DNA of 63,696 nucleotides, counting the filler. It is 14 parts of 14 records of this genome, joined end to end, with 100 filler letters (N's around TTAATTAATTAA, not from the genome) between each part and the next. Parts side by side here need not be neighbours in the genome. Positions count along the whole stretch, not along the records: positions 1 to 4,094 come from SRR15195285_5655; positions 4,195 to 7,969 come from SRR15195285_5656; positions 8,070 to 12,824 come from SRR15195285_5658; 11 more parts are not named here. One strand, given 5' to 3'. A program made the translations under genes and the position numbers. The notes beneath the pieces are model-generated. The model saw only the letters and a program-made list of their open reading frames with translations, ran no database searches and had not been told where the DNA came from. Shown one piece after another: positions 1 through 10,623 of the stretch. The number at the start of each line of letters is the position of its first letter. Position 1 is the stretch's first letter.

Positions 1-424
1 GTGGGCGGGGCAGCGCGCGCGCGCGCGGCTGCCGACGCGGCGGCCCACGCGCGCGGTCGGCAGCCGCGCACCACCGCGCGCCGCACAGCGAGTGCGTGGC
101 AGTGGCAGGCGATAAGAGGACGGCAGGGGCGCGTGGTGCTCTCATGGCAGAGGCAGCGTGGAGCTGAGCGTTGGGACTGACTCGGCACAGGCGCACGAGG
201 GACGCCCCCGGTCTGTCCGCTGCTGCAGCCGTCATTGGTGCTCGCCCGGCGCTGCGCTGCTGACGACGAAGCTGAGGAATTAACGCCTGCCTTGCCTCTT
301 TAATTCCGCGCTGGCAGCATCACGTTGCGGGGTTAGCAGGGGAGCCTGCGACCCACAGTGGAACCAGGAAGAGGAAGAGGAGCCCCCGCAAGTGCGAGGG
401 GGGCAGGACCGAGCAGCGGCGGCC

Positions 425-3400
425 ATGCCAAGTAAATTAGTGCTGAAGAAGAAGCCTGTCGCCGCCGCCGCCGAGGCGCCGGCGCCGCAGCCGGCTTCGG
501 CTCCCGTGGCAGTCAAGCAGGAGCAGCACGATGGACGGGCCTCTCCAGTGCAGTTCAAGCGAGAGTGGCGGATATTCGACGCGTGCTGGGAGAAGGCAGA
601 GTGGGCGCACAAGTCGATCGAAGTTGACTATCCAGACCTGTGGCCAGTGTATCGGCAGATGATCAAAGAGCCGATGGATTTGGGGGAAGTACGCAGAAGG
701 TTGGAGGGGGGGCAGTATCAACCGGAGCCTGGGGTTGCTGTGCTGCCTGGGTTTCAGCAGGACGTTCGCCTGATCTGGGAAAACGCAATGCATTTCAACG
801 CGGCTGGGAGTGAGTACCACAAAAAGGCAGCCAAGATGCTCAAGAGGTTTAACAAGTGGGTTAGCGATTCCAAGCTCAAGTCGTCGCCAGACAAAGAGGA
901 AGCTACCGTCAAAAACGAAGCTCCCACTGCCAGTCCGCAAGCTCTCATGATCAGAAAGCGAGCCGCAACAGAGGAGGTCGACGTCCCCCCCGCAAAGCGC
1001 GTCGCTGGCGGAGCAGAGCAAGCAGCGAATCTCTCCAAGTACAAGGTGGAGCGGGATATAATGGACCTGCTTTCACATCGCGATCGGCCGCTGGCGCTCT
1101 GGGGTCTGCAGGCTCCCGTCGAAGAGCTGTTTCCTGAGGATTGGATCATGTACCAGGCGATGATACAGGAACCGATGGACTTGCGGACGATCAACGAAAA
1201 GCTCGAACGCGGCGAGTATGAGGTCGTGGACGGCACGAAGATTTCACCCGGATTTGTTCGCGACGTGCGCCTGGTGTTCAACAACGCCAAAGAATTCAAC
1301 CTCAAGGGTAGCGAATATCACGATCACGCGGTCCAAATGCTGGAGTGGTTTCAGGAGAAGTTGGCTGCCCTGACGAACGACAGTGACCCAAAGGCAGGGA
1401 AAAAAGCCAAGAAAGACAAACGGCAGAGCACCGAAGCGAGCATAGCTCAGATTGAAGGATTCAATCGACTGTGGGAGTCACAGATTGACTTGCTGCAGGA
1501 GCTTCAAAAAACCAAGCAGTCTGTGGATAAAGGCGGACCACCTCCGCTTGTGAGAAATACTGCCCTAAATCCTAACCCGTACTATCCGAAGGGACGAGAC
1601 TTGCGTGAGCTGACCGTCAGCGGTGCTGAGGATGAGGATGAAGATGGCTCCGATGTCAAAGATGCTGGTGAGCGGAACGACCGTGGTGAGCCACGCTGCC
1701 TTTGGGTTGTGCCTGACGGGCGGATCTTCGTTGAAACATGGGGGTTGAAATTCAAAAGGGTCGAAGATTTTCTGGTTGCAATTGCTGAACCGGAGGCGCG
1801 GCCGTTGCATATTCACGAGTTTCAGATGACGGAACATTCGCTGTACGCCGCGGCTAGCATGGGTTATGGGACCGATCAAATCATAAACCGATTGAAAGCC
1901 TGGGCTAAGGTGGAGATTTCAGCCAGCCTGGAGAGATGGATCAAAGACAAGACGGGAAGGTACGGTAAGGTCAAGCTTGTGCTGAGAGAGAATGAGCACC
2001 ACGTGGAGACCGCTGACGTAAGAGTGATGAGGAAGCTGCTCAAAGACAAGCGGATCAAGGATTGCATGGTGAAGCCGAAGAACGACATGGGTATTGTCAC
2101 AGGCGATGCGGCGGCACTCGTGCAGAAGTCTACCATAGAGCTGCTCGAAAAACAGTTTGATGAATTCGCCGATGATGAGAATGTAGATGATGTTGTTTGG
2201 GATGGTATGGACACGAGCACCAGTGACGAGATATCCACCAAGAAAAAGAAGAAGAAAACTCGCGAAGTGGAGCATTTTGCAATTGCGCCAGGGAAATATC
2301 GTGACATCAAGAAGGCTTGCAGCGATATTGGCTTCCCGATCATTGAAGAGTACGATTACAAGAATGATAAGAAGCCTCTCGTGGGCGCGAGTGCACGTCG
2401 CGTAGACAAGTCCCGCACCGGGCTGGAGCTGAAATCTGCAGATTATGTGCGCGACTATCAGGCGAAATGCTTGAACAAGATGTTCGGCTCCAACGGGCGT
2501 GCACGTTCAGGCCTGATCGTACTACCCTGTGGCGCCGGGAAATCATTCGTTGGAGTGACTGCCGCCTGCACCGTCAACAAGAAGACGATGGTTCTGTGTC
2601 CGACAGGCCTCAGTGTGGATCAGTGGAAGTTCCAATTTGAGAATTGGACCAACTGCCAAAGCGCGGGTGTCCGCGTTGAAGGCTTCACTTCGACGTCTCT
2701 GCGTGAAAAGGGGGAAGATGAGGTGCGCGCGATGATGAGGGCAGACGTGATTATCACCACGTATAGCGCGCTGACTGCTGGGCGTGAGGGCCAACGTGCA
2801 CAAACGCGAGAGGTCATGCTGCGCGAGCTTGAAAACGAGTACGAGTTTGGATTGATGATTCTCGATGAGGTACACATGTTACCAGCTGCTGAGTTCCAGA
2901 AGTCGCTTGATAAGCTGAGGGCGCACTGCAAGCTTGGGCTCACTGCGACCCTCGTTCGTGAGGACGAAAAGATCAACGACCTTCGTTTCCTCATCGGCCC
3001 AAAGATTTATGAGGCCAACTGGATGGAGCTGCAGAAAGCAGGCTACCTTGCAAAGGTCGAGTGCCATGAGGTCCAGTGCCCAATGGCAGCAGATTTTTAC
3101 ACGGCGTACTTAGGCGCTGGCAAGTATCGCACCAGAGCACCGGACGACGGGGCTTCTGCCGCATCGCAGGCGCAAGGAGGTAGCGTTTTTCACAAGGAAC
3201 AAATGCTATACATCATGAACCCGAACAAGCTCATGGCAGCGCACCATTTGATCTTGAAGCACAAAAAACTTGGGCACAAAATCATCATCTTCTCCGATCG
3301 AATTTTCCCCCTGAAAGTTCTTTCTGACGCGCTGGATAGGTTGGATAAGAAGCTTCCAGCCGGGCACCCAGAGATTCTCGGGGCGGGACGAATTGACGGC

Positions 3401-4015
3401 AGCTGCGAGGCATGGGAACGCCAGAAGCTGATGGATAGTTTCAAGAACAACGCGGACGATCACGTCATCTTGCTCTCCAAAGTGGGCGACGCAGCCTTGG
3501 ACATGCCGGACGCCAATGTCATCATTCAGATCGCGTCTTCCGGGGCGTCGCGGATGCAGGAGGCACAGCGGCTGGGCAGAATCTTGCGTCCCAAGTCGAC
3601 GATGGCACGTGGAAGTGAGCCACAGGCGTTCTTCTACTCACTTGTCTCGCAGGACACACATGAGATGCGGTTCAGCACGGCCCGTCAGCGCTACCTGGTC
3701 GAGCAGGGCTACGCGTTTCACGTTCACCCTCCGGACGACACTGGAATCTGTGGGGATGCGGTGCGACACAGCGATGAATTGAAGCGCGCAAAGAAAGAGC
3801 CACTGCTCTTCTCGGCACGGGAGGAGCAAAGGCGGCTGTTGGCGGAAATCGAAGACGCCGACGAGAGCGAGAACCTCGGCGAAGATGAAGACAAGGAAGG
3901 CAAGCTCAAGGATGCCGACCTCGAGATGAAGAAACTGCTGGCTCAAAGAGCCAAGGGCCGGCACCACGTCGGGAATAGTGCGGCGATTCGTAGGATGGTC
4001 ATACCTAAGCGGTAG
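425..4015 (+). CDS. XPB: TFIIH XPB (ERCC3/Ssl2)-family helicase with two N-terminal bromodomains
   Basis: First in-frame ATG at 425. XPB hallmarks: LWVVPDGRIFVE..DFLVAIAEP (N-terminal domain), RDYQ, GRARSGLIVLPCGAGKS (motif I), DEVH, GLTATLVRED (RED motif), QEAQRLGRILR (motif VI). Two bromodomains: YRQMIKEPMDL..DVRLIWENAMHFN and YQAMIQEPMDL..DVRLVFNNAKEFN. Single uninterrupted ORF. Confidence 0.93.
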   Translation: MPSKLVLKKKPVAAAAEAPAPQPASAPVAVKQEQHDGRASPVQFKREWRIFDACWEKAEWAHKSIEVDYPDLWPVYRQMIKEPMDLGEVRRRLEGGQYQPEPGVAVLPGFQQDVRLIWENAMHFNAAGSEYHKKAAKMLKRFNKWVSDSKLKSSPDKEEATVKNEAPTASPQALMIRKRAATEEVDVPPAKRVAGGAEQAANLSKYKVERDIMDLLSHRDRPLALWGLQAPVEELFPEDWIMYQAMIQEPMDLRTINEKLERGEYEVVDGTKISPGFVRDVRLVFNNAKEFNLKGSEYHDHAVQMLEWFQEKLAALTNDSDPKAGKKAKKDKRQSTEASIAQIEGFNRLWESQIDLLQELQKTKQSVDKGGPPPLVRNTALNPNPYYPKGRDLRELTVSGAEDEDEDGSDVKDAGERNDRGEPRCLWVVPDGRIFVETWGLKFKRVEDFLVAIAEPEARPLHIHEFQMTEHSLYAAASMGYGTDQIINRLKAWAKVEISASLERWIKDKTGRYGKVKLVLRENEHHVETADVRVMRKLLKDKRIKDCMVKPKNDMGIVTGDAAALVQKSTIELLEKQFDEFADDENVDDVVWDGMDTSTSDEISTKKKKKKTREVEHFAIAPGKYRDIKKACSDIGFPIIEEYDYKNDKKPLVGASARRVDKSRTGLELKSADYVRDYQAKCLNKMFGSNGRARSGLIVLPCGAGKSFVGVTAACTVNKKTMVLCPTGLSVDQWKFQFENWTNCQSAGVRVEGFTSTSLREKGEDEVRAMMRADVIITTYSALTAGREGQRAQTREVMLRELENEYEFGLMILDEVHMLPAAEFQKSLDKLRAHCKLGLTATLVREDEKINDLRFLIGPKIYEANWMELQKAGYLAKVECHEVQCPMAADFYTAYLGAGKYRTRAPDDGASAASQAQGGSVFHKEQMLYIMNPNKLMAAHHLILKHKKLGHKIIIFSDRIFPLKVLSDALDRLDKKLPAGHPEILGAGRIDGSCEAWERQKLMDSFKNNADDHVILLSKVGDAALDMPDANVIIQIASSGASRMQEAQRLGRILRPKSTMARGSEPQAFFYSLVSQDTHEMRFSTARQRYLVEQGYAFHVHPPDDTGICGDAVRHSDELKRAKKEPLLFSAREEQRRLLAEIEDADESENLGEDEDKEGKLKDADLEMKKLLAQRAKGRHHVGNSAAIRRMVIPKR

Positions 4016-4067
4016 TTTTTTGAGCTGTCATACCTTGGCGGTAGACTTTAGCCAGTGTTAGCCGGTG

Positions 4068-4094
4068 CTCTCTCTCTCTCTCTCTCTCTCTCTC
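4068..4094. repeat. (CT)n microsatellite at contig end
   Basis: Read directly from sequence. Confidence 0.95.
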
Positions 4095-4194
4095 NNNNNN
4101 NNNNNNNNNNNNNNNNNNNNNNNNNNNNNNNNNNNNNNTTAATTAATTAANNNNNNNNNNNNNNNNNNNNNNNNNNNNNNNNNNNNNNNNNNNN
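4095..4194. other. Synthetic contig linker (N44-TTAATTAATTAA-N44), first of 13
   Basis: Identical 100-nt six-frame-stop spacer also at 7970, 12825, 17402, 20605, 27884, 38184, 41294, 46396, 50323, 53876, 57038 and 60350. Several contig ends fall in microsatellites (CT, GAA, CAG, GA). Confidence 0.98.
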
Positions 4195-4396
4195 TGCGAG
4201 AAATTGATCGATCACCGTCGGCCGATCAATCTGGAATCTGCGACCAACACGCCATGCACTCCGAGTTGCGTCTAGAAAGTTGGGCAGCGCGACGGAGCCC
4301 AGAGGTGGCGGTGGGTGCCGGTGTGAAGTGCGAGCTGAGACAGCATCGCCCGCCGACAGACGACAGGTCAGCTTGGAAGGGCAGTGGCGGTCACAC

Positions 4397-5580
4397 ATGG
4401 GGTCGGCGGGCGGGATGAGCGCGCACGCGGTCGGGATCGTGGTGTTCTGGTACTGCGTGACGCTGGTCTTCAACTGGACGGCGTTCAACCTCGTGGTCTT
4501 GAAGGACGATCCGGCGCTGGCGCTGCTCCCGGCCGACATCACCCTGATCGAGATGTTCGCGTGCACGATCTGCGGCGCGCTGACGCTTTACAGCAAAGGC
4601 CTGGCCTTCGTACCGCCGCCAGAGCTGCGCGTGCGCATGCTGGTTCTGGCGCTGGCGAATGCTGCCGCCTGCCAGCTGTTCATGTTTGCGATGGATTTCG
4701 TCGCACTCTCCCTTGTACAGACGATACGTGCTTGCCAGCCGATCTTCACTGTTGTCGTCGGTGTGTACCACAGCACAGTGTCGCCGCGCCTGTCGCGACA
4801 GTGCTCTTGAGATACCAGTCCCACTGACTCTGCAATGCTTGTGTGGACTCGCACAGTGTTCGTCTGCTTCGGCGAAAAGTACAGCGCTGTCACCTACGCT
4901 ACACTGATCCCGATCTGCGTGGGTTTCGGACTCGCGGCGGGTGGTGACCCAAAATTCGAGCAGACTGGCTTCATCCTTGCAGTTACTTCTGCCTGCTGCC
5001 TCGTTGCGGTCAACACCATCTCACGCCGCACGCTCTCCTTCTACCGATCGCTGGTCGGGCCGTTGCAAGTTCAGGCGTGGGCGACCTCTGGCTCGTTCTT
5101 CTTGTTGCTCGCACCGTGGCTATTCACCGGTGCGCGCCGTCACCCATTTGCGACACAAAACTGCAGGTTCGGTTCCGGGCGAACAGGCAAAGTACTAATC
5201 GCATCTTGGCTGCTTATGATGGTTCAGGTGGCCCTTCGCGGCTGCTGTTTGCGCTGAGCGGCCTCATGGGCCCACAGCCGCTCAGCTCCAAGTCCGCCGA
5301 GCTGGTGGGAATGGTGGTGGCGGACGGCCTTGCCTACCATTCCGCCAACGTTGGCACGTTCACGAGCCTCGATACTTTCAACTCACTGACGTTTGCCATC
5401 ATCGACACGCTTCGGCGGTTGCTTGTAGTCTGCTCTGGTTTTGTCTACCAAGGCAACCCATGCACGGTTCAGAATATGGTTGGAATCGTGCTAGTCATTT
5501 TCGGAGCAGGCTGTTACAACGTACTGAAAGACTCCGGTACAGGTGACAAGAAGGCCGAACAGAAACCGAAGAAGGCGTAG
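4397..5580 (+). CDS. Triose-phosphate/nucleotide-sugar transporter family protein (TPT/SLC35E-like), 3 exons
   Basis: Multi-TM protein with VALSLVQTIRACQPIFTV, TLIPICVGFGLA and LTFAIIDTLRRLLVV motifs. GT-AG introns 4761-4856 and 5130-5227 (branch sites CTGAC, CTAAT) join three ORFs in frame. Confidence 0.82.
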
Positions 5581-5677
5581 TGGGTAGCAAAAATTCTAGT
5601 AGGGTAACATAATTTTGATTTGTCTTCAATATAAAACTTTGGTACCAACGTAACAACAGATGCAACATCGCATGTCC

Positions 5678-7969
5678 TCATACCTCCTCGAGCTTGGCAG
5701 CAAAGGCGCTCGAGAGGCTAAAGCGCGCCTGCTGCAGGTTCATGTGGTACGCCGAGTTGGGAGGGTTGGGCGTGTGCGTGTGCGGGTCGTAGTTGGCAGA
5801 GTACATCAAGAAGGCTTCGAAGGTCTTATCGGTCGTGTTGGCCTGCTTGGCTGCGAACTTGCTCGGATGGTTCGCAAAATACACCTGCGGTCCGAAGTTT
5901 TTCATGTAGGTGACTAGCGACCATGGCCCGGTGATATCGTCAGCCTGGCCAAAAGCCAACAGTATAAAAGTCAGGCTCGATATTGCCAGAGCTGTCAAGC
6001 TGTAAAATGATAGATTTCGCACCTCGAGCATCCAGGTGTCGAAATCACCCCCGTCCATTACCGGGTAGTTGCTCGCAGTATTGATCGTCATTACGTACTT
6101 CTTGATGGCCGGGAAGAACGTCATGGTTGTGGAACCTGTGTGATTCGTAAACTCAACGAGCGGCACAGCTTTGCTCACATTCCCACTCACCCACTTGGCG
6201 GCGCTGCCGTGGCCGCCGCCGTAGAACTCCCATTTGGAGTTGTCACCTATGTTCGCCACCGTCGGCGTGACGCGCGCGAGGTAGACCTGGTCGCCAAGCA
6301 TCCACATCTCTGTGGACATCGGTGATGTCGCTCCGTGCGCCACCAGATAGGCCTTGCCATCAGGAGAATGCTGAAGCTCTTGGCCAAAGTCCACCCAATG
6401 CGGCGTGCCGAACTTTATCCTGGCGGGACCGGTGTTTGGCTTGTCGTGCAGCGGATCGTCGCCCACCTCACCGAACAGGTTGTCGGAGTCAGACGTGGCA
6501 TTCGCCAATGGCTCCACCCAGGTCTCACCCAGGTCCTTCGAGTATCGGAAGTCCGCAAGCGGTCCGAGCAGCCCGCCGGTGAGGACGTTGTTAGGTCCAC
6601 TGCTCGGACCTGTCGGATACTGTGGCACGTAGTAGGTACTATACCACCACGTTCCTTTGTAGACAAGCTGGCCGCCTGGGAAGCGCCCACCGTAGGGCCA
6701 GGCTGAGACACAGGCAAGCAAGCAGATGATCTCTCAGAAAAGACTAGCAATATACTTGTTGCTGCCATTGCCTCGCGGCTTACCACTCTGGCTCGAAAAT
6801 GTCTTGACCTTGGTAATGTTCAGCGCGAAAGGGTCATCGCCAACGATCACCGCCTGACCATGAGTTACGGTGTACAGCGGCGCGACACCTTCGGACTTGG
6901 CTGAGGCTGACCCTTGCGTCTCATCGTCGACCACGTGGCCATCAGTGAATCCCGTGTAAAGGTTGCCATCGGCCGCCCACGAAGGGAAGAAGGTGTCAGC
7001 AGATGCGCCCTTGACGTTGCCACTACCGTAGCCTGGATTGCAGCCGCTCTTATACTCCCAGCCGACGAGGTCCTTGCTTCGTGGGTACGGCATCGTCCCT
7101 GGGTTACACGTTGCTGCGGTGCACGTGCTACAATGGAATGGATGCCACAAGCAGAACACTTTCTCAAAGTCTAATTCCGACAATGAGGTTGTGTGGTGAT
7201 GAAAGAGGAAAGGCAGTTTTACCTGTTGGGCAGCTCCGTGTCGTGCCATGTCATCCACTCGTTGGTGCCACCGCACTGTGTGCCGTTGCGGCAGGTGAGT
7301 GCTTCGACTGGCTTCTTTGAGCCGCTAATTGAGTTGGGCGCATGGGCAGCCCCCCCATTGGCAGCCTCGGTCTTCAACACGCAGCAGGCCTGTTTATATT
7401 GGTAGCAAGTTGGCTTGGCACCCGTGCCGCCGTTCTCGTAGGTCCAGAAGGAGCAATTCTTGAAGGATTTACACATTGCGCAGCACTGTGCAGCAGTGTC
7501 TACCAGCCTCAAGCCGTGTGGGTACTCTGGGGTGCTTGGAAAGAGTCCTCCAGGAGCAAATTTGTAGTCTGTTTTCTCTTGGACGAAGCAACCGCCTGGC
7601 ATGGGCCCTGGTGGTGGCGCAGGTGGTGGTCGTGGTGGCGGCGGCGGCGCGGGGGGCGCGATCTTGAGCACCTCGCTGGTAAACGCAATGTAGTGCGGGC
7701 ACTTCGGCAGACCCACAAACACCGGGCAGTTTGGCCCAGCGTCCTTCGAGCAGTCGAGACACAGGTGGGCGAAGTCGCACTGGCTGTACCAGCTGCAGCT
7801 CTTGTCCGCCCCATATGAGATGTAGTTGCCCATCTTGCACGGCTTGACCTTGGCCGCACACGCGGCTAGCGAGGAGAGACCGGAGAAGTAGCCGGACGCA
7901 TGAGTGTCGCAGTCGGTGCCGTGGTACGGCGCTGGCACGCACGTGCCGTTCTTGGTGGTGCCGACCGGA
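5678..7969 (-). CDS. Secreted-type modular protein: Cys-rich/PAN-like domains, Pro linker, DUF4185-like putative glycoside hydrolase; 5'-partial, 4 exons
   Basis: Introns 7128-7222, 6703-6783 and 5945-6022 (last is in-frame and stop-free) give a continuous frame. CCAMCKSFKNCSFWTY is PAN/apple-like. ADTFFPSWAADGNLYTGFTDG and ITGPWSLVTYMKNFGPQVYF resemble bacterial beta-propeller carbohydrate enzymes. Confidence 0.65.
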
Positions 7970-8069
7970 NNNNNNNNNNNNNNNNNNNNNNNNNNNNNNN
8001 NNNNNNNNNNNNNTTAATTAATTAANNNNNNNNNNNNNNNNNNNNNNNNNNNNNNNNNNNNNNNNNNNN

Positions 8070-9078
8070 CTTCTTCTTCTTCTTCTTCTTCTTCTTCATG
8101 TCGGTGAAATCCTGCTGGAAACTGCGTGGACAGCTCCCTCCGGAGCTGATCAACTTCGAGTTGACGCTCAGGCTTGTCGGCATCCTCCTGCATTCTCCGG
8201 ACATCGTCCAGTTGTCTCTGCGCCTGTTGATCGACCTCGCGGATCGTGCGCTCCGTCTCCAGCACAGTTTGCGCTACACTCTGCGCGCGGGTCAGCAGAA
8301 TGGCGTCCACATCCGCCGCAGAGGCAGACCGTCTGAGTTCCTCTTCGGCCATGGCCTCGGCCTCGGTCGTCAGCAGCTGTCGCACGCGCACGACTTGTTC
8401 GTGTGCCTTCTTGCGCGACGACCCTCGCGCCAGCTCCTTCTGCTCAGCTGTGCGCGTGCGCACCAGCACATCAGAGTGGGCGAGCTCGCTCCGCACAGGG
8501 TCGCGCGCTGCGGCCACCCCGCGCATCAGCTCCGCGGTCGCCGCTGCGACGGCGGCGTGTTTAGTTTCCTCAGACGATGTTGCAAACAGGAGAGCAGAGA
8601 TGATGGCATCCTTGCCGCCGTCGGGAGGACAGCACGAAGCCCAGTCCACGCCGTCTTTCTTAACGGCCTGCTCAACTGCCAGCTCCTTCAGCTGCACCAA
8701 GGATTTAGCCTGCAGCTCGTGATCTAACACAGGGCGGGTGGTTGGCTGTACGGCCCCGCGTGCCGGATTGTGGCGCCTCCGGTCCTCCGCTCTCGAGAGC
8801 ACGCCCTCTTTTGCATTGGCCGCCGCCTCAGGAACGTCGGAGCTTGACTCGATGCGACTCGTGTGCTGCATGTCGAGCGAATGGAGGCATTTGAACACTG
8901 CCCGCAGCAAGACCACGAGCATCCATAGCACACTCGCTGCCGCGCCGATCGCAGCGATCCCACCGGGGGGCGCGATGACCCGTCCCGAGAAGAGCAGGCG
9001 CAGCAGCAGCGCCGACGAGGTCCACACCGGCCACAGACCTGCAACCGCCCGCAGGTAGACGACGCGAGACTCGCACAT
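8070..9078 (-). CDS. Hypothetical protein with two N-terminal TM segments and coiled coil; 3'-partial
   Basis: Open frame from ATG 9078 with two hydrophobic helices and an E/Q/R-rich helical region, running into (GAA)n at the contig end. Confidence 0.6.
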
Positions 9079-9791
9079 CCAGCGCAGGGTAGCCGGGGTA
9101 CTCTTTCGGGCGGGAGCGGCCGTCAGGGTCGCTCCGTCCCGCGCAGCGTGCACACCTACCTGCTATACATGTGTGCGCGCGTGTCGAGGGTGCGACCCGA
9201 CGCTCAGTCGCTCACGCGCCTGACGCCTCGCCGTGCGATGCGCGCGCGCGCGCGCGCGCGCGCCCGCCGCCGGCGTGGTCATTCATCGCATGCACAGACC
9301 CGCCAGCCAGGGCAACCCACCATCAGCACTGAATGATCCGGACCATGCATGTACCCAGGTCGCGCGCGGCGAAAAGTGTGAATTATGGCGCTCCTACGGC
9401 CCGAAGGCAGTGCCCAGCGGCTAGTGGGGGGAATCCGGTGAGGCCAACGGGTCCTACGAGCCAGCCTAGGTTTGCGGTAGTCCCCCAGGCGGTCCGGCGC
9501 CAGCTGTGGAGAATGGTGAGTATGCCGCTCGATTGCGGCGCAAGTATTACTGAGCATATATATACCTAGCGCTATCAGATCGAGCGAAGTTAGTAGGTGC
9601 CCGAACCCTCCATCCACCGGACCGCTCAAGATCGAGACCAAGCCCACCAGCAAGAACACCAGCGTACAGGCGTAGCTCACCACAGCCATCTTATTCACCG
9701 AGGACCAGTGAGCCTCTTGCTCAGGTGTCTCAAGAAATGGTTTAGAGCCAATAGTTTTCTTTGTCCGATATCCGATTAAAAATGGTTTTCC

Positions 9792-9821
9792 TGTTATGTT
9801 ATGTTATGTTATGTTATGTTA
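9792..9821. repeat. (TGTTA)6 pentanucleotide repeat
   Basis: Read directly from sequence. Confidence 0.92.
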
Positions 9822-10108
9822 ATAGGATTCGGTCTTCTTTCTCTGCTAACTCTGCATCCTGACGTCGCCCAGATGCGCCGACCCTGCGCGTTCCGCTACA
9901 GGCTACACCGCTACGCGTACTATCTATAGTAGGCTCCGTCACATGTCGAGCATGATGTCGAGTGGCCATTAGATCTAGATCTAAAATGAGAGCGCATCCG
10001 GTCCGCCGTTGGAGATGATGATGAATTGAGTCGCGGCCACGTGGCGGAGCGCTAGCTGCTGGCTTGGCCGTTGCTGAAATGACGCTCTTCGCATTTGTGA
10101 TTGCTTAG

Positions 10109-10451
10109 CGGTGCACTGTCGTGGGCAGCGGAACACGAACGACGAGTGGCCCTTTTCTGCTTTGCGCCAGCTACCGTGGAATATGGTCGCAGCTACTTGC
10201 ACTCCTCCTCTGTACCAGCGACCGAGGCAAACCTTCTCATTCTAGGGGCATCATGGCCTGCTGAAATGACGGACGGCATGACAGCCGAGCAGCTAGCTGT
10301 GCTGCAGCCACCGTACGCGAAGAGGCTCGATCGGCCGCTGTTGGCTCGCGACTATGCCCGTGAAGGTGGCGAAGGTGGCATTGCCTATCGGTCACGCAAT
10401 GATCGGGGAAAAGCCCATGATCGTGACGTATTCAAGACGGCCTACTTGTGA
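10109..10451 (+). pseudogene. Orphan 3' exon of a PhyH-like (phytanoyl-CoA dioxygenase family) gene
   Basis: After acceptor ..tgcttag the frame reads GALSWAAEHERRVALFCFAPATVEYGRSY..WPAEMTDGMTAEQLAVLQPPY..LDRP, which is the typical C-terminus of this family. No upstream exons were recognised. Confidence 0.5.
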
Positions 10452-10623
10452 CTGGTTGTATCGGGACCAGCAGTATATGTAATTATGATTCGCACAGTTT
10501 GAAAATAACCCCCGTCGTCGGGTGCATGCTCCTTTGTTCTTGACCATCGTGCAACGCGCAATTGCCTCGTAGACGGTAGAGGTGCACAGTTCTATTATAT
10601 CGGGTTTCGCGATGGACACCGTT

